A DNA stretch of 64,000 bases, from positions 147,549 to 211,548 of the forward strand of contig JAJTYH010000003.1 in NCBI GenBank assembly GCA_021463465.1, read 5' to 3'. Shown here one piece after another: positions 9,889-18,947 of the stretch. The position numbers and the translations under genes are program-made. The first letter of the stretch is position 1. Every line of letters starts with the position of its first letter. The notes beneath the pieces were generated by a model, which worked only from the letters and a program-made list of their open reading frames with translations, was not told the DNA's origin and made no database searches. Origin of the DNA: a bacterium (GTDB lineage Bacteria > Patescibacteriota > Dojkabacteria > SC72).

Positions 9889-11022
9889 ATGAATCCAACT
9901 GCCCCTCAAAACTCAACTGCAGATTTCAATTCAGATATTGCATTGATTGAAAATAAGCTTAATGCCGTTAAGCTACCTCAAGAACTTCTAGAATCTACTA
10001 CCAGAACCATTGGAAGACTTAGGCGTATGGCTTCACACGGTAACTTTTCCGCTGAATATGAATCTGTAGATAAGTATGTAGATTGGATCACCCAAGTCCC
10101 ATGGGGCAAACTTACTCAGGATAATTTGGATATTGCGAATGCCAAAAAATTGATGGATAGCTCTCATTACGGTATTGATGTAGTGAAAGACGTAATCCTT
10201 GATTATCTCTCTGTTATGAAATTGCAGATAGATAGCGGGTTTAAAAAACAAGAGATTTCCGGCGATGCAGCTATATTAAGAGGTAACTCTGCTAATGCCC
10301 CTGTAATGCTTTTTGTAGGACTTCAGGGTGTTGGTAAAACCTCTATTGCTAAATCAATCGCTCAAGCAATGGGTCGTAAATTTGTGCGTGTTTCTCTTGG
10401 TGCAATTGGGAGTGTTCAGATTTTGCGAGGACAGTCCAAAGTATTTGCCGACGCTGAACCCGGACAGATTGTGAAAGCACTTATTCGCTCTGGAACTATG
10501 AACCCACTAATTCTACTTGATGAAATCGATAAGGTAAGTGGTAGCGGGGGATTACTTTCGGATGTGATGGCTGCGTTACTTGAGATTCTTGACCCTGAGC
10601 AAAACAGTCACTTCCTTGATCATTATGTAGATTATCCGGTCGATTTGTCACAGGTATTCTTTATTTGTACTGCTAACAACCTTGGAGGACTTTCCGCAGC
10701 ACTCCTTGATCGTATGGAGATCATTAGATTTACCAGTTACACCGATGAGGAAAAGACGATCATTGCTAAGACATACTCCATGCCAAAAGTTTTGAAAAAT
10801 ACTGGACTAAGACCAGACCAGATTGTGATAGAAGAGAGTGTATGGCCAATTCTAGTTAGACCAGTGGGTTTTGATGCTGGTTTGCGTCAGCTGGAACGAA
10901 ATATTGCAACCATGATCAGAAGTGCTGCACGAATGATTGTCGAAGGAACACCTACACCCATTACTATTACTCCTGAGAATGTAAGGAAATTTGTATTGCC
11001 TGATCAGGGCCCTCTTAGTTAG
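9889..11022 (+). CDS. Lon-derived AAA+ ATPase module, lacking the N-terminal LAN domain and the C-terminal Ser-Lys protease domain
   Basis: 'YVDWITQVPW', 'SHYGIDVVKDVILDYLSV', Walker A 'GLQGVGKTSIAKSIAQAMGRKFVRVSLG', 'LLDEIDK', 'ALLEILDPEQNSHFLDHYVDYPVDLSQVFFICTANN', 'LLDRMEII'. All are collinear with the Lon A ATPase core. The ORF stops after the alpha-helical lid (377 aa). Confidence 0.7.
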   Translation: MNPTAPQNSTADFNSDIALIENKLNAVKLPQELLESTTRTIGRLRRMASHGNFSAEYESVDKYVDWITQVPWGKLTQDNLDIANAKKLMDSSHYGIDVVKDVILDYLSVMKLQIDSGFKKQEISGDAAILRGNSANAPVMLFVGLQGVGKTSIAKSIAQAMGRKFVRVSLGAIGSVQILRGQSKVFADAEPGQIVKALIRSGTMNPLILLDEIDKVSGSGGLLSDVMAALLEILDPEQNSHFLDHYVDYPVDLSQVFFICTANNLGGLSAALLDRMEIIRFTSYTDEEKTIIAKTYSMPKVLKNTGLRPDQIVIEESVWPILVRPVGFDAGLRQLERNIATMIRSAARMIVEGTPTPITITPENVRKFVLPDQGPLS

Positions 11023-12860
11023 TTTTGCTTTGTATATCCTTCAGCTTGCTTATGGAATGCCTCAGCATATAGTCCGTCGTGCTTCAAAAGTTCAGCATGA
11101 GATCCTTCCTCTATAATACTACCTTTTTCGAAAACGTATATTTTTTGTGCATTTCTCACAGTAGAGAAACGGTGGGATATAATTATGACACTTTTGTTAT
11201 TAACAAACTCATAAATTCTTTTGAAAATTTTGTACTCTGCCAGAGGGTCAATAGATGCAGTCGGTTCATCAAGAATGAGAATCGGAGAGTCTCGATAGAA
11301 CATCCTAGCTAAGGCTAGCTTCTGCTCCTGCCCACCGGAGAGGTTTACACCGCCCTCGAAGCTCTTTCCCAAAGTGGTATTGTAACCCTCGGGTAAGCTC
11401 ATTATGAATTTATCTGCTTCTCCCAGTTTAGCTGAAGCTTTTACTTGCTGAAGGTTAAATTTCTTGTCGACGCCTAAAGCTATATTTTCAGCAATAGTCA
11501 GTGAATCAAAAACTTTATAGTCTTGGAAAAGTACGCCTATTGCCGTGTAATAACTCTCAAGATTCACCTCTTTGAGGTTTATCCCATTTACCAATATCTC
11601 ACCTTCTGTGGGATCGAACACTCTGAGTAATAATTTAATGAATGTAGTTTTCCCAGCTCCGTTCTCTCCGACAATTGCAATCTCTTCAGTTGGGTTGATT
11701 GTTATACTTAAATTCTTCAAAGCATACGGTTTTGAATTAATATATTTGAAACTTACATCTTTGAATTCAATCTTTGGTGGGAATAATGTGTCGATTCTAA
11801 TATTGCCAGAGATAATCTCATTCTTAATTTCAAAGGCGGCTTTAACTTGTTCTACACCGATGGCTAAATCGAAGAGGTTCGCTACATCATTGGTCAATGA
11901 ATCAAGTTCCTGCATAAATCTATAGGCGGTTGAGGTGAAGAAACCAAATGAACCTACAGTGATTACTCCTTTAAAGAGATCGGTTAAAAAGACAACAGGT
12001 ACAACTATTTGATTAAAACCGTAAAAGAAGGATAAGAATATGTTTGATTTGGCAACATCTTTGTTGATTTTCATTTCATCTCTAACTAAAGGGGTGTTAA
12101 GTCTCTTGAAAATATTTACCAGTGTGGTGTTAGCGAGCATCACTCTGTTCTGGGTCACACTTCGGTGACTGACCAAGTAGTACTTTGCCTCGTTTCTTTT
12201 CATAATATTGTTCAAACTAGCGTTATAGAAATTGTAGAAAATGGAGACGAACCGTATCGACTGAATTGAACTGGGTATACAAGATATCAAAAGATAGATG
12301 GTGAAGATCCAGTTGTGATTGAAGAGTATGGAAAAAGATGTAATCAGCGAAACAAATCCAGTTAATATCTCAAAGAGACTCATTACATAATTACGAATCC
12401 TCCAAATATTCTCTTGTGCCTTTATTATTGCCTTGGAAGATGCAGGGTCTTCAAACCTCGCAATGTCCATCTCTGAGATTTTTATGTGCAATTCCAGCTC
12501 GTAGTTTTTTAGGTATATGACCCGAAACTTCTCGTTTAGATACCTTAACACTTCCGTAAGCACTTTCTGTACAAGCACTAGAAGGGTAATGAAGATTAAG
12601 AGTTGCATATATGGGCGTTGCAAGGAAATTGCTTCGCTGAATGTGGCGCCGCTATTAACCAGTTCAATCAAAAGGTCTAAACCTTTTGCGGAGTAAAAGG
12701 CTAATACTGTTGGAATAACGGCGGAGATAATTGTCAAAACAATAGTCAGAGCGGTATTGCCTACCGAAAGCCTGAAGGTCTCTTTTATCGTCCAGACTGA
12801 AAGTTGAAAGAACTTCTTAATATTTTCTTTGGTGTATTTTGGAGAGTTATTCTTGCTCAT
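11019..12860 (-). CDS. ABC exporter, fused permease-ATPase (MsbA/ABCB-like half-transporter) with canonical motifs
   Basis: Walker A 'GENGAGKTT', signature 'LSGGQEQK', Walker B 'ILILDEPT', H-loop 'IIISHRFS'. N-terminal six-TM domain. Confidence 0.8.
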   Translation of the reverse strand: MSKNNSPKYTKENIKKFFQLSVWTIKETFRLSVGNTALTIVLTIISAVIPTVLAFYSAKGLDLLIELVNSGATFSEAISLQRPYMQLLIFITLLVLVQKVLTEVLRYLNEKFRVIYLKNYELELHIKISEMDIARFEDPASSKAIIKAQENIWRIRNYVMSLFEILTGFVSLITSFSILFNHNWIFTIYLLISCIPSSIQSIRFVSIFYNFYNASLNNIMKRNEAKYYLVSHRSVTQNRVMLANTTLVNIFKRLNTPLVRDEMKINKDVAKSNIFLSFFYGFNQIVVPVVFLTDLFKGVITVGSFGFFTSTAYRFMQELDSLTNDVANLFDLAIGVEQVKAAFEIKNEIISGNIRIDTLFPPKIEFKDVSFKYINSKPYALKNLSITINPTEEIAIVGENGAGKTTFIKLLLRVFDPTEGEILVNGINLKEVNLESYYTAIGVLFQDYKVFDSLTIAENIALGVDKKFNLQQVKASAKLGEADKFIMSLPEGYNTTLGKSFEGGVNLSGGQEQKLALARMFYRDSPILILDEPTASIDPLAEYKIFKRIYEFVNNKSVIIISHRFSTVRNAQKIYVFEKGSIIEEGSHAELLKHDGLYAEAFHKQAEGYTKQN

Positions 12861-13089
12861 GTATTCAGACTATATTCCTTTAAAAGGGTTTTTCAGCTGA
12901 AGAGCTTGGAGCTCTTGTGGGATATTGGGATCTAGCTTTGGTTTAGGTCGCGCTTTGGGCGGTGCATTTAATGTCTGATTAGAACTTTTATCTTGCATAC
13001 TCGTTTCTGCTGCCTTAATTGCATCCAAATCACTGCTTACCAGATCAGCTGGTAGGGTACTTGGATTGACCTGGGTAGTAACCAGATAA

Positions 13090-15489
13090 TCATTCGTTAT
13101 TGGGTTGTTTGCCTGTGGTGGCGTTTGGGTCGTTGGATTCATTCTCTTGATTAAATGTAACTTCACCTTGTGGTGTGATATGCATTTTGCCTTCGTTCAT
13201 TTGGTTGCGTTGATGTACGACCTGATCGGTTACACTTTTTGGTGCGTCTTGCAAGAAAGGACTCGCGCCAACTCCGTAGGTTTGACCTTTTTCTTCAGCT
13301 TTTTGTTTCTCTTCCAGATACTGTTGATAACTTATTTTGTCTTGCACAAGTTTTTTGATATCGGTTTTTCTTTGCTCAATTGCTTGTTGAACTACGTCTC
13401 GTTGATTGACGTTAACACCTGACTTGATTGGGCGTTGGACTGCTGGAGGGTCGTAGATTTGTGCTATCTCTTCAATGGTTCGATTAGCGTTCACGCCTTC
13501 TTTGGCCATTCTTTCAAGTTCGACAGGGTTAGTAGTGATGAGCTCGTTCTCGGCAATACTTGATACCACTTGGATTGCCACATGGTTGGAACCTGCAAAA
13601 AATAATCCTTGTCCTAAATCACAAGTAAGTAGGAAGGACTTCTCTCCTTCGGAAAGGTTGAATATTTTCTGAAGTCTTTCAACTGAAGAAGGACTCTGCT
13701 TCATCAACATTTGAATAGTGGAGTTGGAGATGATGGCTCGCCCCATGTCGTTTTTCACGAAGTCATCAACATCTTGAGTGATGGTGGTAAGACCTAAGTA
13801 GTATTTTCGAGCGCGCTTAGCAATCGAATACATAAACTTAGCGGATTCAGGATATTGCATCATGTACCAAGCCTCATCAACTACTAAAATTCTGCGCTTC
13901 TTATCTTTTCGAATACGAGTCCAGATGTAATCCAACATTAGGTACATAGCCATAGGTCGGAGTTCTTCCTGAAGGTCGCGTACTGAGAATACGGTGAAGG
14001 CGTTATTTAGTTCTACGGTGCTTCTCTCGTTAAAGATACCAGCACCACTCCCCATGATGAATCGCTCTAAACGTCTCGACATATCGTGTGCTTCATTTTC
14101 TGCCATTCCTTTGAGTACTTTGTAAAGATCTTCCAATAAAGGATAGTTAGCATTACGTTGTGTAGTTGGATCAAGATTAATACCTTTCTCTCGGTATGTG
14201 AGCAGAAGAGCGCGGTCAAGGATTGACATCTCAATGTTATTTAGTCCATCAAAAAGGATTCGGAAGAACCCTTGAAGTGAGAGTAGCTTCATTCGAAGCT
14301 CATCATCTTCTGGGTCTCCTAAGCCTGAAAGTTCGAAAGGATTCATCTTGTCGCCTTTGTCTTGCGAGAACGAGATGTAGGCACCTTGTACGGCTTCACA
14401 TAGGTCTTTGTATTCATGCTCAGGGTCAATGATGATAAGTTCCGCGCCAAGCATTAGACTACGGATAGCTTCAAGCTTCACAAAATAGCTCTTACCAGCA
14501 CCAGCTTTTGCGAAGACTACTGTATTAGCATTTTCCAATGAGAAGCGGTCAAAGATAACCAAACTGCGGTTATGTTGGTTGATGCCATACATGATTCCAT
14601 GGTCCATAGTTAGCTCGGAAGTCACAAACGGGAAGGTGGTAGCAAGGGATGTAGTGTCCATGTTTCGAGTGATATATAAACGGTCCAGTCCAAGTGGTTG
14701 TGTACTTATTAAACCTTGCTCTTGCTGAAGCATGGCGGGGTTAGCAGTTACATTAATAGAAGCCAGGGGGGAGATTGCATTCTTAGCGATCTTTTCGAGC
14801 ATCTCCTGGTCTTTAGAAGATATGGTGATGTACATACCGAAGTGGAAGAATTTTTCAGTACCCTCAGCAATAGAATCTTGTAGCTGTTGAGCATCTGACA
14901 GTGCGACCTTAAGTGATGGATCGACTACTTTTCGCCCTTCCATTTGCTGATAGATGGTTGCCTCCATTTCACCAATCTTTCTCTTTAGCTTTTCTAAGAT
15001 AACCTTGGAATCTACTGGGTAATAAAAGGAGGAGATTCTAAGTGAATATTCAAAGTTGATTATAGGGGAGAGCCAGTTGGGTCCTACGAATCTGGGATAT
15101 CCGCTGACAAATAGGGTACGGTAGTATGTGTCGCCGATATGAACATCATTGAAATCTACTTCAAGGTCAATAGGGGCAATAATATCCTGAATGGTTAATC
15201 CTTCGTATGCCTTTGGAGGTTCAAGTCGTCCTGAAGGTTTATCATCTTTTTTCTTTTGAGGCTTGAACAAATCAAGCAGGAACTGCAGGGGGTTCTTCTT
15301 GTCAGTTTGCGTATCTTCGAATTTCTCCTTCTGTTGAATCAGAGTTCTTTTATCTCTATCTGCTGCGACTTCCTCATGAATTGCACGAATCTTCTCTTGA
15401 GGGTTCTCAAGCTTCTTCGCACGATCTTTCATAAGCCCTTGGGTTTTTGAGTCGTAGGTTTTAGTGAAGTTTAGTTTCTCCTCAGGCAT
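13090..15489 (-). CDS. VirB4/TrbE/CagE-family type IV secretion ATPase
   Basis: 799 aa. Walker A 'VVFAKAGAGKSYFVK', Walker B 'RRILVVDEAWYMM'. The N-terminal domain pattern 'YYRTLFVSGYPRFVGPNWLSPI' is typical of VirB4/TraE proteins. The C-terminal tail is low-complexity and Q/N-rich. Confidence 0.75.
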   Translation of the reverse strand: MPEEKLNFTKTYDSKTQGLMKDRAKKLENPQEKIRAIHEEVAADRDKRTLIQQKEKFEDTQTDKKNPLQFLLDLFKPQKKKDDKPSGRLEPPKAYEGLTIQDIIAPIDLEVDFNDVHIGDTYYRTLFVSGYPRFVGPNWLSPIINFEYSLRISSFYYPVDSKVILEKLKRKIGEMEATIYQQMEGRKVVDPSLKVALSDAQQLQDSIAEGTEKFFHFGMYITISSKDQEMLEKIAKNAISPLASINVTANPAMLQQEQGLISTQPLGLDRLYITRNMDTTSLATTFPFVTSELTMDHGIMYGINQHNRSLVIFDRFSLENANTVVFAKAGAGKSYFVKLEAIRSLMLGAELIIIDPEHEYKDLCEAVQGAYISFSQDKGDKMNPFELSGLGDPEDDELRMKLLSLQGFFRILFDGLNNIEMSILDRALLLTYREKGINLDPTTQRNANYPLLEDLYKVLKGMAENEAHDMSRRLERFIMGSGAGIFNERSTVELNNAFTVFSVRDLQEELRPMAMYLMLDYIWTRIRKDKKRRILVVDEAWYMMQYPESAKFMYSIAKRARKYYLGLTTITQDVDDFVKNDMGRAIISNSTIQMLMKQSPSSVERLQKIFNLSEGEKSFLLTCDLGQGLFFAGSNHVAIQVVSSIAENELITTNPVELERMAKEGVNANRTIEEIAQIYDPPAVQRPIKSGVNVNQRDVVQQAIEQRKTDIKKLVQDKISYQQYLEEKQKAEEKGQTYGVGASPFLQDAPKSVTDQVVHQRNQMNEGKMHITPQGEVTFNQENESNDPNATTGKQPNNE

Positions 15490-16108
15490 TTTCAGAAGGG
15501 TTATAAATATTATAGAAAAGTTCCATTAATTCTGGGTTTGTTAACTGATGCCCTGCAAGGCCCATACGTCCGAGTTGTTTTAGAATGTGGTCGCGTTTAG
15601 GATAGAGGAAAATCTTGCTTCGCTCAACCAGCTTGTCGATTTCAAGAGCAACTTTTTGGTCACTTCGCTCCTGTTTGAGAATACCTGCACTTGTAATTGA
15701 AGCAACCGGATTGTAGAAAATTACGATATAAAACTTCTTATCCAATACATCATTTTGTACGATGAGGTTTTGGATGAAGGTAGTGTAGATTTGAAGCTGT
15801 TTTTTAAGCCCCTCGCTCATGTTCGCCTGATTCTGGGCTTTGAGATAGTTAACGTAATTAGAGATGTCGATTCGGTTGGTTTTGATTAGAATTTGGATTG
15901 GAAAATTGAGGGAGTTAAGTAGTCCTGCAAAAGCATAGATTTTATTATCCTGCTCATATTCAGATAGCAAGTCAAAGTTCACCGCTGTAGTTTGTATCAA
16001 CAGAGCTGCACTACCAGAAGTCGTTACGACCAAATCATCAACGATGTCTTTCATTTCTAAGTGCTCTTGTGTTGATGCTGTGGCTCTCGCCCTAGCTTTT
16101 GGATCCAA
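15482..16108 (-). CDS. Hypothetical protein between the PrgI-like gene and the VirB4 gene (T4SS-associated by context)
   Basis: 208 aa, no TM helix. It overlaps both neighbours by a few nt, which suggests translational coupling within a three-gene operon. Confidence 0.35.
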   Translation of the reverse strand: MDPKARARATASTQEHLEMKDIVDDLVVTTSGSAALLIQTTAVNFDLLSEYEQDNKIYAFAGLLNSLNFPIQILIKTNRIDISNYVNYLKAQNQANMSEGLKKQLQIYTTFIQNLIVQNDVLDKKFYIVIFYNPVASITSAGILKQERSDQKVALEIDKLVERSKIFLYPKRDHILKQLGRMGLAGHQLTNPELMELFYNIYNPSENA

Positions 16109-16109
16109 G

Positions 16110-17075
16110 TTAGTTAGCTAATATTTTAATAGGTGGGATTTCTGGTTTATCCATTATCAATTGTATTGGCGAAAAGGTGTATCCTGATGCTTGAATTTCA
16201 ATATTATACGCGGCTGGAGTAAAAGGTTTATTGGAAAGTACATCTCCATTCGCATCTGATTGAAGCGCTGAAATTACCCTGTTTTGTTCATCCTTTATTA
16301 CTAGTACTGCCTGAGAGATTGGCTGATTTTCTTTATTTAACAGTTTGAAGTTGAGATTTCCTGCATATGGGCCTGGGTTAGTTAGGGTAGTGGTGAAGTT
16401 AGCAAGATTATCTGGGGTAAGTCGAAGTCTTTGATTAGAAACAGGAGTATTGGGTGGTTGAGAAGGTGTTGTGATTGGTGCCGTTGCTTGTGCCTGGGTT
16501 TGTACCGGTACCTGAGAGGAGGGTGTGAAAGTAGGTGAAGGGGTAGGTGTGGGAGTAGTTGCGCCAGCACCTTGCAGAACTTGATCGATTCTAGCTAGTT
16601 CAGCTTGCTCTTGTTGGTCAAACTCATCGAGTTTGCTTTGTTCGATAAACTGGGTAGTTGGTGTGTCGGCTGTTCCACCAATAATTTCGCCATTCCCTCG
16701 AGTGGCGTTTTCTCTATTCATGGTGCCTTGGGTCATATTGAATTCAGGTTTGATCTTTTGGATTTTTTCATCAATTATCTCGTTTTTCCATACTCTTTGG
16801 GTAGGGTGGGTAATGGCCCAGATGTAGTTTTTGGCAAATACGTCAGCTTTCTGGTCGTTGATGTTTATCAAACCTAAGAAAAGACCAATGCCTGAGGAAA
16901 GTAGGAAGACGGGAAAGGATACTATGCCTGGAAGCTGGCCTAGAGTATAATAGTAAAGGAAAATTCCTCCAAAACCGATGCCGGTAGCCATATAAACAAA
17001 CTCCCTTACCGTAAATTTGGTGAAGAGCTTGAACTCGATATCTAAGATATTTTGAGGAATTGCGTGCTGTCTCAT
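16110..17075 (-). CDS. VirB3/PrgI-like two-TM membrane protein, extended by a Thr/Pro-rich linker and a C-terminal transthyretin-like/CarbopepD_reg-like beta domain
   Basis: N-terminal hairpin of two TM helices (FVYMATGIGFGGIFLYYYTLGQ / IVSFPVFLLSSGIGLFLGLINI). The gene is immediately upstream of the VirB4 gene, as in Gram-positive T4SS loci. Linker 'TTPTPTPSPTFTPSS...TTPSQPPNTP'. C-terminal domain 'ANGDVLSNKPFTPAAYNIEIQASGYTF'. Confidence 0.45.
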   Translation of the reverse strand: MRQHAIPQNILDIEFKLFTKFTVREFVYMATGIGFGGIFLYYYTLGQLPGIVSFPVFLLSSGIGLFLGLININDQKADVFAKNYIWAITHPTQRVWKNEIIDEKIQKIKPEFNMTQGTMNRENATRGNGEIIGGTADTPTTQFIEQSKLDEFDQQEQAELARIDQVLQGAGATTPTPTPSPTFTPSSQVPVQTQAQATAPITTPSQPPNTPVSNQRLRLTPDNLANFTTTLTNPGPYAGNLNFKLLNKENQPISQAVLVIKDEQNRVISALQSDANGDVLSNKPFTPAAYNIEIQASGYTFSPIQLIMDKPEIPPIKILAN

Positions 17076-17121
17076 ATAACCTAAATTAGTTTACCAAATA
17101 TCCTATGTTCTTCAATGTTTT

Positions 17122-17874
17122 TTGCTATCATTAATGTATATGGGTTACAAAAGAGAGACCGTAGAAATTCTACGAAAATTTAGACAGAATATGGGTAGCG
17201 ATTTCTATCAGGAAGATGCCAGAAGGATTTTCAGGGCAAAGCTCACTGAGCTCCCTCAATCTGAAGCCTGGCCTGTAAGCGAAAAGAAACTTCAGTATGC
17301 CAGAGCTTTCTGTCAACATATGCTGGTCGGGAACTTTGTGAAGTATATCGGAGTGAGTGGGTCTGTGGCTGCGGGAATTGCAAAAGAAGAAGATGATATT
17401 GACTTATTTATTGTTGTCAAAAACAACACATTGTGGATTTATCGTGGTTTAATGCTGCTCAAAAATCTATTCAATAAAAAGCTACGACGAGCGGATTCTA
17501 CTGAGGTCAAAGATATCCTTTGCCCTAACCACATAGTAGAGGAAAGGGGTTTGAAATTTGAAGATGATGTTTTCAATTTGCATGAAATCTATTATTTAAA
17601 ACATGTTTATAATCCTGATTATTTTGACAAAATCTTAGCCTCAAACCAGTGGATCCGCAGTTGGGGAGGAGTTGTACCGGTTTCAGATATAACGCTCAAA
17701 AGGATGAGTATTTTCAGAGAAGCTATGAATCTCTACTTTTTCCTACCTCAATTGCTTTTCATGTTTCTCTCAAGGCATAAGCCTGACGTAAAACGTATTT
17801 TTCAGAACTACTTGAGTGGTAAAATTGAATTCTTTCCTGCAAATTTCAAGTCGAAAGTTTTGAAATTGCTTTAG
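17122..17874 (+). CDS. Pol-beta-superfamily nucleotidyltransferase domain protein
   Basis: 'GVSGSVAAGIAKEEDDIDLFIV' matches the GS-x(n)-DxD minimal NTase signature. Confidence 0.45.
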   Translation: MLSLMYMGYKRETVEILRKFRQNMGSDFYQEDARRIFRAKLTELPQSEAWPVSEKKLQYARAFCQHMLVGNFVKYIGVSGSVAAGIAKEEDDIDLFIVVKNNTLWIYRGLMLLKNLFNKKLRRADSTEVKDILCPNHIVEERGLKFEDDVFNLHEIYYLKHVYNPDYFDKILASNQWIRSWGGVVPVSDITLKRMSIFREAMNLYFFLPQLLFMFLSRHKPDVKRIFQNYLSGKIEFFPANFKSKVLKLL

Positions 17875-18947
17875 TTCAAATCAATTACTTGTGCTTTTTT
17901 TAATATTTCTTTAGGGATATGAGACAGTTCTATTGTTGTGATAAAGGTTTGTTGTTGGTCGAAGATCTTATCTGAAAGAATCTTTCGTGTGTTTATTGTG
18001 TCTAGTTCTGAGGGGATATCATCTAGTAGCAGAATAGGTCGAACTCCCTTTTTATCTGCAATCAACTCAAGTGTCAGGAAAATCAACTTCCCTATGGCCA
18101 TACGCTTCTCTCCTCTTGAACCGAATCGTTTTATCTCTTTCCCTTGCATAATCGTCCAATCATCTCGGTGTGCCCCAATATTAGTGAACCCAGTTGCTAT
18201 ATCCCTCTTTACTTTCTCATCTAACAATTCTCGTATAATTCGCTGTAATGATTGGGTGTCAGCTATATCCTCAAATAGATTGAGCGTGACAGAGGGATTG
18301 TAAATAACTTCCAGCTCTTTGTTCTTTAATTGCGCAATGACTTGAGATCGTTTGGTCATGATTTTTGCACTGTACTTAGCTATCTGATCACTCCAATACC
18401 CAAGCTGACTATCTTCCTTTGGCAACTCTCCTGTATCATAGAATTTCTTGGATAGACGTTTGAGATATGCATTGCGTTGCTTCAAGCTCTTGTGAAATTT
18501 GGAAATTATATCGTCATACTCGATGTCTATTTTGGAGAGGATTTGGTCGATAAACTCGCGACGTTTTGAACTAGAGATCATTAAGAGATCAATTTGTTCA
18601 GGGCTAAACATAACTGACGAGATATTCTCAAAAAACTTCTTAGAAGTAGTATTAGCCCCGTTGAGTTTGAGTTGTCTTTTTAATGAGTCACGGAAATATG
18701 CATATGCCCTTTCTTGGTTATTCTGAATCTCTATTCGAAAGTGTTTATTCTCGTCCGACTGGTCAGTGTTGAATTCGTCTTCGAAGTCAGCCCAAGGGGA
18801 TTGTCCGTTGGTGATGAGGTAAATGGCTTCTAAAATAGTGCTCTTACCCTTGGTATTATTGCCATGAATCACTATAATATTTTTCTTAAAGTCAAAACTT
18901 GTATCGGTAAACTGACGGAAGTTTGTGAGCTTAAGTTGTTTAATCAT
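17871..18947 (-). CDS. recF: DNA replication and repair protein RecF
   Basis: 'MIKQLKLTNFRQF', Walker A 'GNNTKGKSTILEAIYL', Walker B/D-loop 'ILLLDDIPSELD'. 358 aa. Confidence 0.8.
   Translation of the reverse strand: MIKQLKLTNFRQFTDTSFDFKKNIIVIHGNNTKGKSTILEAIYLITNGQSPWADFEDEFNTDQSDENKHFRIEIQNNQERAYAYFRDSLKRQLKLNGANTTSKKFFENISSVMFSPEQIDLLMISSSKRREFIDQILSKIDIEYDDIISKFHKSLKQRNAYLKRLSKKFYDTGELPKEDSQLGYWSDQIAKYSAKIMTKRSQVIAQLKNKELEVIYNPSVTLNLFEDIADTQSLQRIIRELLDEKVKRDIATGFTNIGAHRDDWTIMQGKEIKRFGSRGEKRMAIGKLIFLTLELIADKKGVRPILLLDDIPSELDTINTRKILSDKIFDQQQTFITTIELSHIPKEILKKAQVIDLN

Noticed and set aside
13105-15450. Plus-strand ORFs 13105..13422, 13475..13672, 14223..14432 and 15256..15450
   Set aside because: They are antisense to the VirB4 gene, whose Walker motifs validate the minus-strand frame.
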